NCBI GenBank assembly: GCA_902537575.1
Contig: CACBBX010000002.1
Span: 9,222 to 73,221, forward strand
Direction of reading: 5' to 3'
Source: an uncultured Pelagibacteraceae bacterium
GTDB taxonomy: Bacteria > Pseudomonadota > Alphaproteobacteria > Pelagibacterales > Pelagibacteraceae
DNA length: 64,000 bases
The notes below the pieces were generated by a model. The model was given only the letters and a program-made list of their open reading frames with translations. It did no database searches and was not told where the DNA came from. Below are positions 27,425 to 40,739 of this stretch, one piece after another (the first letter of the stretch is position 1; the number at the start of each line of letters is the position of its first letter). Position numbers and translations under genes: made by a program.

Positions 27425-29221
27425 ATGAGTAATAAAGAAAGCAATTTAAAAGAAAAATTTAGAATAGCATTAACTTCCACTGCAAAAGTCATTTCTGAAG
27501 ACTTTGATTTAAATAACAAAGAGTCTAAAAAAAATAAGTCTAAAGACAATAATTCGTTAGAAATTGATAGTTTAAATAGTCCAATCGATTTTATAAGATT
27601 ACGGGCAGAAACAGACTCTTCTGCTTTAAAGAAAAAATTTTCTAATGATGAAATTTATAGAAAAAATTTGCCAGGAAATAATTCTTATAAATCCCTTTAT
27701 AATATTGCTGAAAAAATAAGATATGAAGCGTTGGGTGGCCAAATGTTAAGAGGAATTAAAAAGAATTTTCATGAAAATTATTCACAGATAATCAACCAAA
27801 AGCGTAGAGATCAATTGAAAACTAAAGAAGATGTGACTGTTGCTGAAGCATTTGAACTTTACATGCTTAAAAATTTCCACAAAATTAAACTGAATCCATT
27901 AACCTTAAAAATGTTAAATTTTTGGGAAAAAGACTTTGAAAAATCTATAGAAAAACATAAAAAGTTTTTAATAGATAACCTTGAGGACCAGAATGCATAT
28001 AGCTCTCGTTTTTCTCAAATTTTAGAAGAAATGGATATTTTTCAAAGTGAGGACGAAAGGGCTGACGAAGAAAATCAAGATCAAGGTCAAGATAACCCTT
28101 CAAATGATGATCAGAATAATGACAAAGAAGATGACAAAAACGAAAATAATGATCAAGAGACTCAAGCTACTTTAGATGCAGATTATGATGTTGACGAATT
28201 TAACTTAGATGAGCAACTATCAGAAACAGAGTCCGAAGAACAAAATGCAGACCAAATTATAAAAAAGAATATTGATAATCTCAGTCTTGATTATAAAATA
28301 TTTTCTATACAATTTGATGAAATTATTAAAGCAGAAAATTTAGAAAATGCTGATGAAGCAAGCAAATTAAGAAAGAGTTTAGATCAGCAATTAATAGGTT
28401 TTCAAGATGTTATTACTAAACTAGCTAATAAATTACAAAGGCAGTTACTAGCAAAACAAAATAGAGCGTGGGAATTTGATTTAGAAGAAGGATTGCTTGA
28501 TAGTTCAAAATTACCGAGAATAATAATGGATCCTTACAACTCTTTATCTTTTAAAAAAGAAAAGGATTTAGACTTTAAAGATACTGTAGTAACTTTACTA
28601 ATTGATAACTCAGGTTCAATGAGAGGAAGACCAATTACAATAGCTGCTATTTGTGCAGATATATTATCTAGAACACTTGAGAGATGTTCTGTTAAAGTTG
28701 AAATTTTGGGTTTTACAACTAAAAACTGGAAAGGTGGGCAGTCAAGAGAACTATGGGCTAAAAATTCAAAACCAAAAACTCCTGGAAGATTAAATGATTT
28801 AAGACATATAATTTATAAAGGTGCTGACACACACTGGAGACAAGCAAAAAATAACTTAGGACTGATGCTTAAAGAGGGTCTTCTTAAAGAAAATATTGAT
28901 GGAGAGGCAATATCCTGGGCTTATAGCAGAATTAAGAAGAGAAAAGAGGAGAGAAAAATTTTAATGGTAATTTCTGATGGAGCTCCAGTTGATGACTCGA
29001 CCCTATCTGTCAACTCAGGTGATTTCTTAGAAAAACATTTAAAAAAAATAGTTAAATATATTGAAAATAAATCTGATATCGAAATACTAGCAATAGGAAT
29101 AGGTCATGATGTTTCTAGATATTATGATAAAGCAATTAAGATAACTGATGTTAATGAGTTAGGTGATGTGATGATCTCACAATTAAGTTCTCTTTTTGAT
29201 ACAAAAAAAAAATATCATTAA
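27425..29221 (+). CDS. cobT: CobT-family vWA-domain protein
   Basis: Acidic linker; [45 protein letters not shown]. Confidence 0.93.
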   Translation: MSNKESNLKEKFRIALTSTAKVISEDFDLNNKESKKNKSKDNNSLEIDSLNSPIDFIRLRAETDSSALKKKFSNDEIYRKNLPGNNSYKSLYNIAEKIRYEALGGQMLRGIKKNFHENYSQIINQKRRDQLKTKEDVTVAEAFELYMLKNFHKIKLNPLTLKMLNFWEKDFEKSIEKHKKFLIDNLEDQNAYSSRFSQILEEMDIFQSEDERADEENQDQGQDNPSNDDQNNDKEDDKNENNDQETQATLDADYDVDEFNLDEQLSETESEEQNADQIIKKNIDNLSLDYKIFSIQFDEIIKAENLENADEASKLRKSLDQQLIGFQDVITKLANKLQRQLLAKQNRAWEFDLEEGLLDSSKLPRIIMDPYNSLSFKKEKDLDFKDTVVTLLIDNSGSMRGRPITIAAICADILSRTLERCSVKVEILGFTTKNWKGGQSRELWAKNSKPKTPGRLNDLRHIIYKGADTHWRQAKNNLGLMLKEGLLKENIDGEAISWAYSRIKKRKEERKILMVISDGAPVDDSTLSVNSGDFLEKHLKKIVKYIENKSDIEILAIGIGHDVSRYYDKAIKITDVNELGDVMISQLSSLFDTKKKYH

Positions 29222-30498
29222 ATATGAAATAAATCTGTGTTTCGCCAAGTAATTATAACTTCTGCTCCACTTCTTGTTTTAGAATTTCTAAAATTTAAGG
29301 AGGCAAAATTTTTTTCTAATAATGTTTTACCAATAAACAAGCCAAGCCCTAAGCCTGTTTTTGATTTTTCTTGAGGGTTGTTAGATTTTAAATAAGGTTC
29401 ACCAATTTTAGAGATTATATCTCTAGGATATCCATCTCCATCATCTTCTATTGTTATTTCTGTTGTTTCACTGTCGCTTTTTAAATTTATAAAAATTTTT
29501 TCTTTTGAAAACTTGTTGGCATTACCAATAAAATTTCTTAGTCCATATACAATTTCTATTGATTTAGTTATCTTTTTTGGGTTCGAATCTTGGTCAAAAT
29601 TAAAAACAAAATTTTTATTACTTATTTCTTTAAATGATGAAATAATTTCGGATAAATATTCTCTAATACTAAGGTCTTTGTCGATAAAATCGTCTTCCTC
29701 AACTGGGTTTAAACTTAAACGTTTTAGTATTTCATTACATCTTTCTACTTGACTATTTAGTAGCTCTATATCTTTTTCAAAATCTTTTTTACCCTTTAAC
29801 TGCTTTGTTAAATCTTGGGTAATAATTTTAATAGTTGAAAGAGGAGTGCCTAATGAGTGCGCTGCAGCAGCAGCCTGGCCACCTAAAGACAATAATTCGT
29901 GTTCTTTTGCCATTACTTCCTCCATTTTTGACAACGCATCTTTTCTCAAGCGAGATTGTGAGCCAAATGTCATGGCGAAATAATTTAAAAAAACTAAAGC
30001 AATAATTAAAGCGATTGGTATAGAAAAGTAATAGTAGGGACTTACATGAAAATGATCACTTAAAGGCGCTGGTAAATCTTCAGAATAGAAGGTCAAAAAT
30101 ATTACTAAAATAGCGGTCAAACTAACTAATAATAAGTTAGTTTTAAAACTTAAGTTTGAAGAAGAAAACACACTTGGAATAAGCAAAAATATAACAAAAG
30201 GATTAACAATGCCTCCTGTCAAATAAAGTAGAGCGCTTAATTGAATTATATCGATAAACAAAAAAATAAATGCTGATCTATCTGATAGTTGAGTCTTTTT
30301 ATAAATATAAATTAAATAAAGATTACTTAATATACCTAATAATATTATTAAATTTGATAAAATGAAGTCAAAACTAAAATTTAAAATTAAATATACAATG
30401 TTAACAGCTACAAGCTGTCCAATAATTCCGATCCATCTTAAAGTTACATAAGTTGATTTTTTAAAAGAGTATTGTTTTGAAGTTTCAAAAAACTTCAT
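29218..30498 (-). CDS. regB: RegB/PrrB/ActS-family sensor histidine kinase
   Basis: [11 protein letters not shown] quinone-site motif, H-box [24 protein letters not shown]. Confidence 0.9.
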   Translation of the reverse strand: MKFFETSKQYSFKKSTYVTLRWIGIIGQLVAVNIVYLILNFSFDFILSNLIILLGILSNLYLIYIYKKTQLSDRSAFIFLFIDIIQLSALLYLTGGIVNPFVIFLLIPSVFSSSNLSFKTNLLLVSLTAILVIFLTFYSEDLPAPLSDHFHVSPYYYFSIPIALIIALVFLNYFAMTFGSQSRLRKDALSKMEEVMAKEHELLSLGGQAAAAAHSLGTPLSTIKIITQDLTKQLKGKKDFEKDIELLNSQVERCNEILKRLSLNPVEEDDFIDKDLSIREYLSEIISSFKEISNKNFVFNFDQDSNPKKITKSIEIVYGLRNFIGNANKFSKEKIFINLKSDSETTEITIEDDGDGYPRDIISKIGEPYLKSNNPQEKSKTGLGLGLFIGKTLLEKNFASLNFRNSKTRSGAEVIITWRNTDLFHI

Positions 30499-30500
30499 TT

Positions 30501-32582
<2,082 letters not shown>

Positions 32583-32672
32583 TTATAACATTTTTTAAAA
32601 AAATTGCTGATTTATATTTGTGAGATCTAATTAAAGTAACTTAATATCTGTTGATAATTATAGCTTTTTTGA

Positions 32673-32762
32673 TGGCGGAGAGAATGGGATTCGAACCCAT
32701 GAAAGAGTTTACTCTTTACACGCTTTCCAAGCGTGCGCCTTCAACCACTCGGCCACCTCTCC
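32673..32762 (-). tRNA. tRNA-Ser (GGA)
   Basis: GGAGAGG...CACGC TTGGAAA GCGTG, long variable arm AAAGAG/CTCTTT, GGTTCGAATCC, G73-CCA. Confidence 0.96.
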
Positions 32763-32767
32763 ATAAA

Positions 32768-33334
32768 TCATTTTTTTTTTGGAAAATTTTTAACAAAATC
32801 ATAATTATCAATTTCTAGGAAATTTTTTAATTCTTCCTTACTTTCCCAAATATTGTCAAAATGCAAAACGTAGACATTTTTTTTATTTTTAAAACTGTTT
32901 ATTTGTTTTTTAATACAAAATTTAAAAAAAAATTTTTCAATGGTGCCCCAAAATATATAGCATAAAGGACAGCCTAGTTTTACCATTTGGGTTTGAAAAA
33001 TATTTCTCCTTTTTAGACTATTATAAATTTTTTGATAGGTGCCATATATATAAACAATTTTTAAATCCACACTTTCTAATTTTGGAAATTTGCTCAAGTG
33101 CTTGTAGCCATCTATATCATTTTCATCATTTACTTTTTTATATAATTTAAGATAACTAATTAAGGTTGTAGTTGCTACTCCTCCTGTAGATATAACCAGT
33201 AAATTCAAATTATTTTCCTTAGAAAATTTTTTTGGTTTTGAAAAATTATTATAAATAGACACAAAAAAATTTTTTACAAATCTTAATAAAAACCTTAAGT
33301 ACATTGCACTTAATGAGAATAAATTTTTTTTCAT
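32768..33334 (-). CDS. Hypothetical protein, possibly distant sulfotransferase/P-loop fold
   Basis: LLVISTGGVATTTLISYL, YKH, IVYIYG and LHFDNIW occur in the order of sulfotransferase motifs; extremely AT-rich. Confidence 0.55.
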   Translation of the reverse strand: MKKNLFSLSAMYLRFLLRFVKNFFVSIYNNFSKPKKFSKENNLNLLVISTGGVATTTLISYLKLYKKVNDENDIDGYKHLSKFPKLESVDLKIVYIYGTYQKIYNSLKRRNIFQTQMVKLGCPLCYIFWGTIEKFFFKFCIKKQINSFKNKKNVYVLHFDNIWESKEELKNFLEIDNYDFVKNFPKKK

Positions 33335-33342
33335 ATAATTTG

Positions 33343-34239
33343 TTAAATAATTTTCCTAAAACTTGATTTTTTTATAAAGACAAATGATACACAAGCGTTA
33401 AGCTTGATAAGATTAATTCTAAACTTTTTCTTATTTAATAAAATAAAATAAATTAAACTTTTAAATAAATGTTTTGTGAAGATATTAATAAAATATATTA
33501 AAAAGTTTTTTTTTGATGCGTGTTTTTTTTTAAAATATATTGAAGACCAACAAAAATGCCAATTTCTAAGAGTATCGTGTTTTTTGTGATTTTTTTTTTC
33601 ATGTGAAGCGAATCCAATATGATAAACTTTTGAGTTGGCTACTTTTATAATTTGATATCCTGCTAATCGCATTCTTAAAGATAAATCTATATCCTCTAAA
33701 TATGTATAAATATTTTCATCCCATTTGCCTATTTTATTTATAATATTTTTTTTAACTAGTAATGCAGTAGAATTAATTGCTTCTACACACAAATCTCCAT
33801 CTGGTTTAGTTAAATAACTACTCTTTTTGTTATTCAAAACTTTTCCATATTTAGAAATTTTTAAATCATAATGGTCATACTGACTATAGTTTTTATCATC
33901 AAAAATTATAGGACTTGCTATGCCAACATTTTTATATTTCTCGCTTGCAATTATTAAATTATCAATCGTATTTGTAGAAATAATCACATCTGGTTGAGTT
34001 ATAAAAATATAATCATTAGAACTTTTTGAGATTGCATAGTTTAATGATTTTGAAATTCCCACATCTCCAATGTTGTAATAATGGATATTCCTTTTAATTT
34101 TAGACAAATTTTTCCTCAATTTTTCGTCATTCCCATTGTCTATAATTAGTATTTCTTTATCTTCTGGCATCGAAATCAGACACTTATTTATTATATCCCC
34201 TGGATAAAAAGTAGCGATAGCAATGCTATAATTTTTCAT
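33343..34239 (-). CDS. Glycosyltransferase family 2
   Basis: IIDNG, GISKSLN, QPDV, WDENIYTYLEDIDLSLR, VYH. Confidence 0.88.
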   Translation of the reverse strand: MKNYSIAIATFYPGDIINKCLISMPEDKEILIIDNGNDEKLRKNLSKIKRNIHYYNIGDVGISKSLNYAISKSSNDYIFITQPDVIISTNTIDNLIIASEKYKNVGIASPIIFDDKNYSQYDHYDLKISKYGKVLNNKKSSYLTKPDGDLCVEAINSTALLVKKNIINKIGKWDENIYTYLEDIDLSLRMRLAGYQIIKVANSKVYHIGFASHEKKNHKKHDTLRNWHFCWSSIYFKKKHASKKNFLIYFINIFTKHLFKSLIYFILLNKKKFRINLIKLNACVSFVFIKKSSFRKII

Positions 34240-34250
34240 TTAGTAAAGTC

Positions 34251-36059
34251 TCACTGTTTTTGTATTTTTAAAACACCTATAAACGCCTCTTGAGGAATTT
34301 CTACTCTTCCAAATTGTTTCGATCTAGCTTTACCTTTTTTTTGTTTTTCTAGTAATTTTCTTTTTCTATCTGCTGCTCCACCGCCATGAATTTTTGTTAA
34401 GACATCTTTTTTGAATCCTTTGATTGTTTCTCTCGCAATAATTTTACCTCCTATAGCCGCCTGAACTGGTATCATAAAGTTATGTCTTGGTATTAAGTTT
34501 TTTAGTTTTTCACAAACCTCTTTTCCAGTTTTTTGAGCAAAATTTTTATGTATCATCATTGCAAGTGCATCTACTGGCTCTGTGTTCACTAAAATACCCA
34601 ATTTAACTAAATCTCCCTCTCTATGTTCGATGATTTCATAATCAAAACTTGCATATCCACTAGTCATTGATTTTAATCGATCATTAAAATCAAAAACAAC
34701 TTCATTTAATGGTAGCTCATAGTTTACTACTGCCCTATTTCCTGAATAGCTTAGATTTGTTTGTATACCTCTTTTATCCTGACACATTTTTATAATTGAG
34801 CCTAAATATTGATCTGGTGTAATAACAGTGGCTTTTATCCAAGGTTCCTCGATCATCTTAATCAATGTTGGGTCTGGTAAACTTGATGGATTCTGTAAAT
34901 CAATTAAATCACCATTGTTTAAATAAACTTTGTAAACTACTCCAGGTGTTGTAGTTAATAAATTTACATCAAATTCTCTTTCGAGCCTTTCAGTGACTAT
35001 TTCAAGATGAAGTAGTCCTAAAAAACCACATCTAAATCCTAAGCCTAAAGCAGATGATGACTCTGGTTCAAATGAAAAGCTTGCATCATTCAATTGTAAT
35101 TTTGCCAGACCATCTTTTAATTTTTGAAATTCAGAACTATCTACTGGAAATAACCCGCAAAATACTACTGGCTTACTAGGTTTAAATCCTGGAAGGGCAT
35201 CTTTTAATGGTTTTGTTGCATCACAAATTGTGTCACCAACTTTTGTTTCTGACAGGACTTTAATTCCTGTTATTATAAATCCTATTTCACCCGTCTTTAA
35301 TTCATTTATATCTGTAGGTTTAGGTGTGAAAACACCAACCCTTTCAACCACATACTCTCGATTTGTAGAAATCATTTTAACTTTCATATGCTTTGAAAGT
35401 TTACCATCAATAACTCTAACAAGTATAACTACACCTAGATAAGTATCATACCAACTATCAACAAGTAAACATTTTAAATCAGACTCACTTTCTCCCTGAG
35501 GTGCTGGCAATGTACTTATTATTTTCTCTAAAATATCTTCTATACCTTCTCCAGTTTTTCCAGAACATGGGATCGCATTTTCAGTATCAATTCCAATAAC
35601 ATCCTCAATTTGTTTTTTTGTTTTTTCTAGATCAGACGCAGGTAAATCTACTTTATTTAATACAGGAACAATTTCATGATTATTTTCTAAAGCTTGATAA
35701 ACATTTGCTAGAGTTTGGGCTTCAACACCTTGCGTACTATCTACAATAAGAATTGAGCCCTCACATGCATAGAGAGATCTACTAACTTCATAACTAAAAT
35801 CTACGTGTCCCGGTGTATCTATAATATTTAAAGTATAGACTTTACCATCTTTAGCTTTATAGTTTAGTTTCACAGTTTGAGCTTTGATTGTGATACCTCT
35901 TTCTCTTTCAATATCCATAGAGTCAAGAACCTGAGATTTCATCTCTCTCTCAGTTAAACCTCCACAATTGTGAATTATTCTATCAGCAATGGTAGATTTT
36001 CCGTGGTCAATGTGCGCAATAATTGCAAAATTTCTAATATTATTTATTTCATTGGACAT
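34251..36059 (-). CDS. lepA: Elongation factor 4
   Basis: [41 protein letters not shown]. Confidence 0.97.
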   Translation of the reverse strand: MSNEINNIRNFAIIAHIDHGKSTIADRIIHNCGGLTEREMKSQVLDSMDIERERGITIKAQTVKLNYKAKDGKVYTLNIIDTPGHVDFSYEVSRSLYACEGSILIVDSTQGVEAQTLANVYQALENNHEIVPVLNKVDLPASDLEKTKKQIEDVIGIDTENAIPCSGKTGEGIEDILEKIISTLPAPQGESESDLKCLLVDSWYDTYLGVVILVRVIDGKLSKHMKVKMISTNREYVVERVGVFTPKPTDINELKTGEIGFIITGIKVLSETKVGDTICDATKPLKDALPGFKPSKPVVFCGLFPVDSSEFQKLKDGLAKLQLNDASFSFEPESSSALGLGFRCGFLGLLHLEIVTERLEREFDVNLLTTTPGVVYKVYLNNGDLIDLQNPSSLPDPTLIKMIEEPWIKATVITPDQYLGSIIKMCQDKRGIQTNLSYSGNRAVVNYELPLNEVVFDFNDRLKSMTSGYASFDYEIIEHREGDLVKLGILVNTEPVDALAMMIHKNFAQKTGKEVCEKLKNLIPRHNFMIPVQAAIGGKIIARETIKGFKKDVLTKIHGGGAADRKRKLLEKQKKGKARSKQFGRVEIPQEAFIGVLKIQKQ

Positions 36060-38468
36060 TTAAGATCTAATTTTTGCACCTGACTTTGTCTCAACTGTTG
36101 AAATTATTAATTTATTAATTTTTTCAAGATCATTTTCATCTAAAGTTTTTTCTGAGGATTGAATAGTTACATTGAGAGCAATAGATTTCTTATTTTTAGG
36201 AATATTTTCTCCCTCATAAACATCAAATATTTTAACAGATCTAATTAAACTTTGATCAATAGAGGATATTATTTCAATTAAATCTTGTGCTTTAAAATTT
36301 TTATCAACTACAAAAGCAAAGTCTCTATCTGATTTTTGATAGTCAGAGAATTTAAATTTAGATTTCAAATCCTTAAGTTTATATTTGTTATCTTTTAAGC
36401 AATCTAAAAAAATTTCAAAACCTACTAATGCTTCAGTTTTTATATCAAGTTTTTTTATAATATTTGGATGGATTTCTCCAAAATAAGCTACTGGTTCAAT
36501 ATCATCTTTATCAAGATATATAGAACCTGATTTACCTGGGTGATAATATGAAGGTGATTTTTCTCTTACAAATAAATTCCCCCTATCATATCCAGCTTCA
36601 ATTAAAGTCTGAATTGAGTCCTTTTTTGCATCAAAAACATCAACTGATCTGTTTTCATCATTCCAGTTTAACCTTGATATCTTTCCTGATTTTATTGCTC
36701 CAATTACCGTTAATTGATCACCCGGTTTATTACTCTTAAAAATTGGCCCTATTTCAAAAAGAGAAATATCTTTAAATCCTCTATCCAAATTCTTCTTTAA
36801 ATAAAATGTCAAATTAGGAAATATTGAATTTCTTAAAACATCTAGATCTGAACTTATTGGATTTACTATCTTAATTTCTTTGTAATTTTCTTTGTAAAAA
36901 TTATTTAACTTTGAATCAGTGAATGACCAAGTTACTGTTTCAAAATATCCTTTGGATGCAACAGAACGCTGCAAAAAATGAAAAAGCTTTTGTTGCTTAT
37001 TAAGTGTATCTTTAATTCTATTTTTTTCTGGTACTAAAGTTTTTATATTATTATATCCTTTAATTCTTACAATCTCCTCTACTATATCTATTGGTTGGGT
37101 GATATCAGGTCTCCACGTAGGAATTTGTAGTTCTAATTCAGATTTATTTTTAGAAACTTCAAAACCTAAATCTAATAAAATTTTTATTATTTCTTTGTCT
37201 CTTATTTTAAAGCCTGTAATTCTATCAAACAATGAAATTTTGAATTTAATTTTATTTTTTTTTTCTTTTCTGACGCTTTGAATATCAAAATTACTAACTT
37301 TTCCTCCACAAATTTCAGTTATTAATTGCGCAGCTTTGTTTAGGCCGATTTCTATAGATTGAGAATCAATACCTCTTTCAAATCTAAATTTAGCATCAGT
37401 ATCAATGTTCAACAATTTTGAGGTTTTTCTTATAGATCTTGGTAAAAAATATGCTGACTCTAACAAAATATTTTTAGTATTAAACTCGGTACCTGAGCGT
37501 GTACCTCCTATTATTCCACCTAAGCCTAAAATGCCAGAATTATCAGAGATAACACACATATCATCATCTAATTTATAATCTTTGTTATCAAGAGCTTCAA
37601 AAGTTTCACCTTTTTCAGAATTTCGTACAATAATTTCTTTATCAATTTTGTCAGCATCATATGCATGAAGAGGTCTATTCAAATCAAGCATGACATAATT
37701 AGTTATGTCTACGATCGCTGAAATAGGTTTCTGACCTAGAGATAATATTTTATCTTTTAGCCATTTTGGGCTTTCTTTGTTTGTAACATCATTAATTAAG
37801 CAACTCCCAAATATACTACATCCTTGATTTTTGCTTTTGGTAATTGAAACTTTAATTTTTTGGGGCCCACTATTTTTAATTTTTATATTTGACAAATTTC
37901 TTAATTTACCAATTCCTGCTGCTGCGAGATCTCTTGCTACTCCTCTTACTCCTAAACAATCAGGTCGATTAGGAGTGATTGACAAATCAATAACTTTTTC
38001 GGTTTTATTTCTAAAAAAATTTTTTCCTACTTTATTAGAGTACCTATTTGGTTTTAGTTCAGTTATTCCGTCACTTTCATCAGATAAATTTAGTTCTGAC
38101 TCTGAACATAACATCCCATACGAACTAACTCCTCTTATTTTACTTACTGCAAGTTTCATTTTGTTTTTTGGGATTACTGATCCAGGACCAGCGTAAATTG
38201 TCAAAAGATCTTTCTTGGCATTTGGAGCTCCACAGACAACTTTTACTGTGTTTTTTTTGCCGATATCAACGTCACATACTTTAAGCTTATCTGCATTTGG
38301 GTGTTGCTCAACATTTATAATTTTTGCTACTTTAAAATTATCTAAGTCAGAACTAGCCTTTTCAAAGCTCTCGACTTCAAGCCCAATATCAGTAAGCTTT
38401 TCAATTATTTGACTATCCTTGAATTTAGTTACAAGGTGTTCCTTTAACCATCCTATTGTAAATCTCAT
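36060..38468 (-). CDS. pheT: Phenylalanine--tRNA ligase beta subunit
   Basis: HPNADKL, VVCGAPN, ITPNRPD, RFERGID, PTWRPDI, RDFAF. Confidence 0.96.
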   Translation of the reverse strand: MRFTIGWLKEHLVTKFKDSQIIEKLTDIGLEVESFEKASSDLDNFKVAKIINVEQHPNADKLKVCDVDIGKKNTVKVVCGAPNAKKDLLTIYAGPGSVIPKNKMKLAVSKIRGVSSYGMLCSESELNLSDESDGITELKPNRYSNKVGKNFFRNKTEKVIDLSITPNRPDCLGVRGVARDLAAAGIGKLRNLSNIKIKNSGPQKIKVSITKSKNQGCSIFGSCLINDVTNKESPKWLKDKILSLGQKPISAIVDITNYVMLDLNRPLHAYDADKIDKEIIVRNSEKGETFEALDNKDYKLDDDMCVISDNSGILGLGGIIGGTRSGTEFNTKNILLESAYFLPRSIRKTSKLLNIDTDAKFRFERGIDSQSIEIGLNKAAQLITEICGGKVSNFDIQSVRKEKKNKIKFKISLFDRITGFKIRDKEIIKILLDLGFEVSKNKSELELQIPTWRPDITQPIDIVEEIVRIKGYNNIKTLVPEKNRIKDTLNKQQKLFHFLQRSVASKGYFETVTWSFTDSKLNNFYKENYKEIKIVNPISSDLDVLRNSIFPNLTFYLKKNLDRGFKDISLFEIGPIFKSNKPGDQLTVIGAIKSGKISRLNWNDENRSVDVFDAKKDSIQTLIEAGYDRGNLFVREKSPSYYHPGKSGSIYLDKDDIEPVAYFGEIHPNIIKKLDIKTEALVGFEIFLDCLKDNKYKLKDLKSKFKFSDYQKSDRDFAFVVDKNFKAQDLIEIISSIDQSLIRSVKIFDVYEGENIPKNKKSIALNVTIQSSEKTLDENDLEKINKLIISTVETKSGAKIRS

Positions 38469-39532
38469 CTACTAAGACCCCTATAATTTGATGGTACGTC
38501 CAATGGGTCAAATCCAAAATGATTTAGCCACCTATAGTCAGTCTCAAAAAAAGCTCTTAAATCATTTATTCCATACTTAAGCATTGCCAATCTATCAATA
38601 CCAATACCAAACGCATAGCCTTGATACTTGTCTGGATTTACTTTTACATTTTTTAGAACATTTGGATGTACCATTCCACAACCTAAGATCTCCAACCATT
38701 TATCTCCCTCACCGATTTCTATCTTGCCATCTTTTAACTCATAACCAATATCCACTTCTGCCGATGGTTCAGTAAAGGGGAAATGACTTGGTCTAAATCT
38801 CATTTTAATTTTATCCACTTCAAAAAAAGATTTTATAAAATAACTTAAGCAACCTTTTAAATGACCCATGTTTATATTTTTATCAATATGTAGCCCCTCT
38901 ACTTGATGAAACATTGGAGCATGAGTTTGATCACTGTCAGATCTATAAGTTCTTCCAGGAGCAATAATTTTAAAAGGAGGTTTGCCTTTTAACATTGTTC
39001 TGACTTGAACTGGAGAGGTATGGGTTCTTAAAAGTAATTTTTTTTCATCATCTAAATAAAACGTATCATGCATGTCTCTCGCTGGATGGTTATCTGGAGT
39101 ATTTAATGCTGTAAAATTATAATGCTCATTCTCTACATCTGGTCCCTCTTCAACACTAAAACCGACTTCAGAAAATATAGAGGATATCTCATCTATAACT
39201 TGAGAAACAGGATGAATCTTGCCTCGAATAATATTTCTTTCAGGTAAAGTTACGTCTACTTTTTCATTATCTAGCTTAGAATTTATTTCTTTAATTTCTA
39301 TTTCTTGAATTTTTTTATTAATTTTTTCTTGAAGCTCATCTTTTATGAAATTTAAATCTGATGCAAATTTTTTCCGTTCTTCAGGAGGAAAAGATCCTAG
39401 ATTTTTAAAAGCATTAGAAATTTGACCATTCTTACCAAATAACTCAGATTTAATTTGATTTACGTTTTCAATATTTAAATCTTTACTTAATTTATCTAAA
39501 AATTCATCTTTAATTTTTTTAATATCAGACAT
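38465..39532 (-). CDS. pheS: Phenylalanine--tRNA ligase alpha subunit
   Basis: [38 protein letters not shown]. Confidence 0.97.
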   Translation of the reverse strand: MSDIKKIKDEFLDKLSKDLNIENVNQIKSELFGKNGQISNAFKNLGSFPPEERKKFASDLNFIKDELQEKINKKIQEIEIKEINSKLDNEKVDVTLPERNIIRGKIHPVSQVIDEISSIFSEVGFSVEEGPDVENEHYNFTALNTPDNHPARDMHDTFYLDDEKKLLLRTHTSPVQVRTMLKGKPPFKIIAPGRTYRSDSDQTHAPMFHQVEGLHIDKNINMGHLKGCLSYFIKSFFEVDKIKMRFRPSHFPFTEPSAEVDIGYELKDGKIEIGEGDKWLEILGCGMVHPNVLKNVKVNPDKYQGYAFGIGIDRLAMLKYGINDLRAFFETDYRWLNHFGFDPLDVPSNYRGLSR

Positions 39533-39575
39533 ATCAGTAGAATATTTGTTAACCTTAGAAAAACAACAATGAAAA

Positions 39576-39932
39576 TTAATTCAGTGCTGATTGGGCTTTT
39601 TGAACAATTGTTTTGAATGCTTCAGGGCTATCATAAGCAATTTCAGCAAGAATTTTTCTATCTATAACAATGCCACATTTGCTTAATCCATTTATGAATT
39701 TAGAGTAAGTAAGTCCTTCAGCTCTAACTCCTGCATTGATTCTTTGGATCCATAAAGATTTAAAGTCTCTTTTTTTATTTCTTCTGTCTCTATAAGCATA
39801 TTGCATTGATTTTTCCATTGCCTGCTTTGCAACTCTTATAGTATTTTTTCTTCTACCCCATTGACCTTTGACAGCTTTTAAAACTTTTTTATGTTTAGCT
39901 TTGCTAGTTACCCCTCTTTTAACTCTCGCCAT
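39576..39932 (-). CDS. rplT: 50S ribosomal protein L20
   Basis: [21 protein letters not shown]. Confidence 0.97.
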   Translation of the reverse strand: MARVKRGVTSKAKHKKVLKAVKGQWGRRKNTIRVAKQAMEKSMQYAYRDRRNKKRDFKSLWIQRINAGVRAEGLTYSKFINGLSKCGIVIDRKILAEIAYDSPEAFKTIVQKAQSALN

Positions 39933-39934
39933 GA

Positions 39935-40141
39935 TTAACCTCTTAAGCTGTAAGGCATGTATGATTTAACAATTTTTCCATCTTGCTTAGACATAGTAGT
40001 TGTGCCTCTTAATTTTCTGATTTGAGAATTTGTTCTTTTAATCATACCATGTCTTTTACCAGCTTGAGCCGAAATCACTTTTCCTTTAGCTGAAATTTTA
40101 AATCTTTTTTTTGCTGAGCTTTTCGTTTTAAGTTTTGGCAT
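39935..40141 (-). CDS. rpmI: 50S ribosomal protein L35
   Basis: [15 protein letters not shown]. Confidence 0.97.
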   Translation of the reverse strand: MPKLKTKSSAKKRFKISAKGKVISAQAGKRHGMIKRTNSQIRKLRGTTTMSKQDGKIVKSYMPYSLRG

Positions 40142-40151
40142 AATTCAGCGT

Positions 40152-40180
40152 TTTATACAGAGAATGATATAATTTTACAA
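40152..40180 (-). promoter_or_regulatory. Putative sigma70 promoter for rpmI-rplT with a very short leader
   Basis: TTGTAA-N17-TATAAA ending 10 nt before the rpmI ATG. Confidence 0.5.
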
Positions 40181-40193
40181 CCTCTATTAAACC

Positions 40194-40739
40194 TTATAAA
40201 GGTTGAATAACCATTATCATTTGCTTACCATCAAATTTTGGATGCAATTCTACCTTACCAATATCCTTCATGTCTTCCTTGATTTTGCCCATTAGTTCAT
40301 TTCCTAAATGAGAATGCTGAAGCTCTCTACCTTTAAATCTTATTGTGAATTTAACCTTATCTCCTTTGGCAATAAATTTTTTTGCATTTTTAACTTTAAA
40401 CTCATAATCATGAGTTTCGGTTACAGGTCTCATTTTAATTTCTTTTAACAAAACAATTTTTTGTTTCTTTTTTGCAAGATTGGCTTTTTTTTGAGCATCA
40501 TATTTATATTTACCCATATCCATTATTTTGCAAACAGGAGGATTAGCATTTGGTGCAATTTCGATTAAATCCAATCCTTGATTTTTTGCCATAGAAATAG
40601 CTTCATTTGTATTTATCACTCCAAGATTTTCACCATCGCTAGCAATTACCTGAACGTCAGGCGAGGAAATCCTATTATTAGATCTCGGACCTCTATCCTT
40701 AGTCCTTCTTTGAAAATAATTTTGTTTAAAATCTACCAC
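40194..40739 (-). CDS. infC: Translation initiation factor IF-3 (start uncertain)
   Basis: LDLIEIAP, PPVCKIMD, KEIKMRP, GDKVK, FKGRE. Confidence 0.95.
   Translation of the reverse strand: MVDFKQNYFQRRTKDRGPRSNNRISSPDVQVIASDGENLGVINTNEAISMAKNQGLDLIEIAPNANPPVCKIMDMGKYKYDAQKKANLAKKKQKIVLLKEIKMRPVTETHDYEFKVKNAKKFIAKGDKVKFTIRFKGRELQHSHLGNELMGKIKEDMKDIGKVELHPKFDGKQMIMVIQPL

Noticed and set aside
28040-28260. Asp/Asn/Glu-rich low-complexity stretch resembling a tandem repeat
   Set aside because: It is the normal acidic linker of CobT, with no exact nucleotide periodicity.
29218-30498. regB without an adjacent regA
   Set aside because: Separated two-component partners are common in streamlined genomes and cannot be judged from this window.
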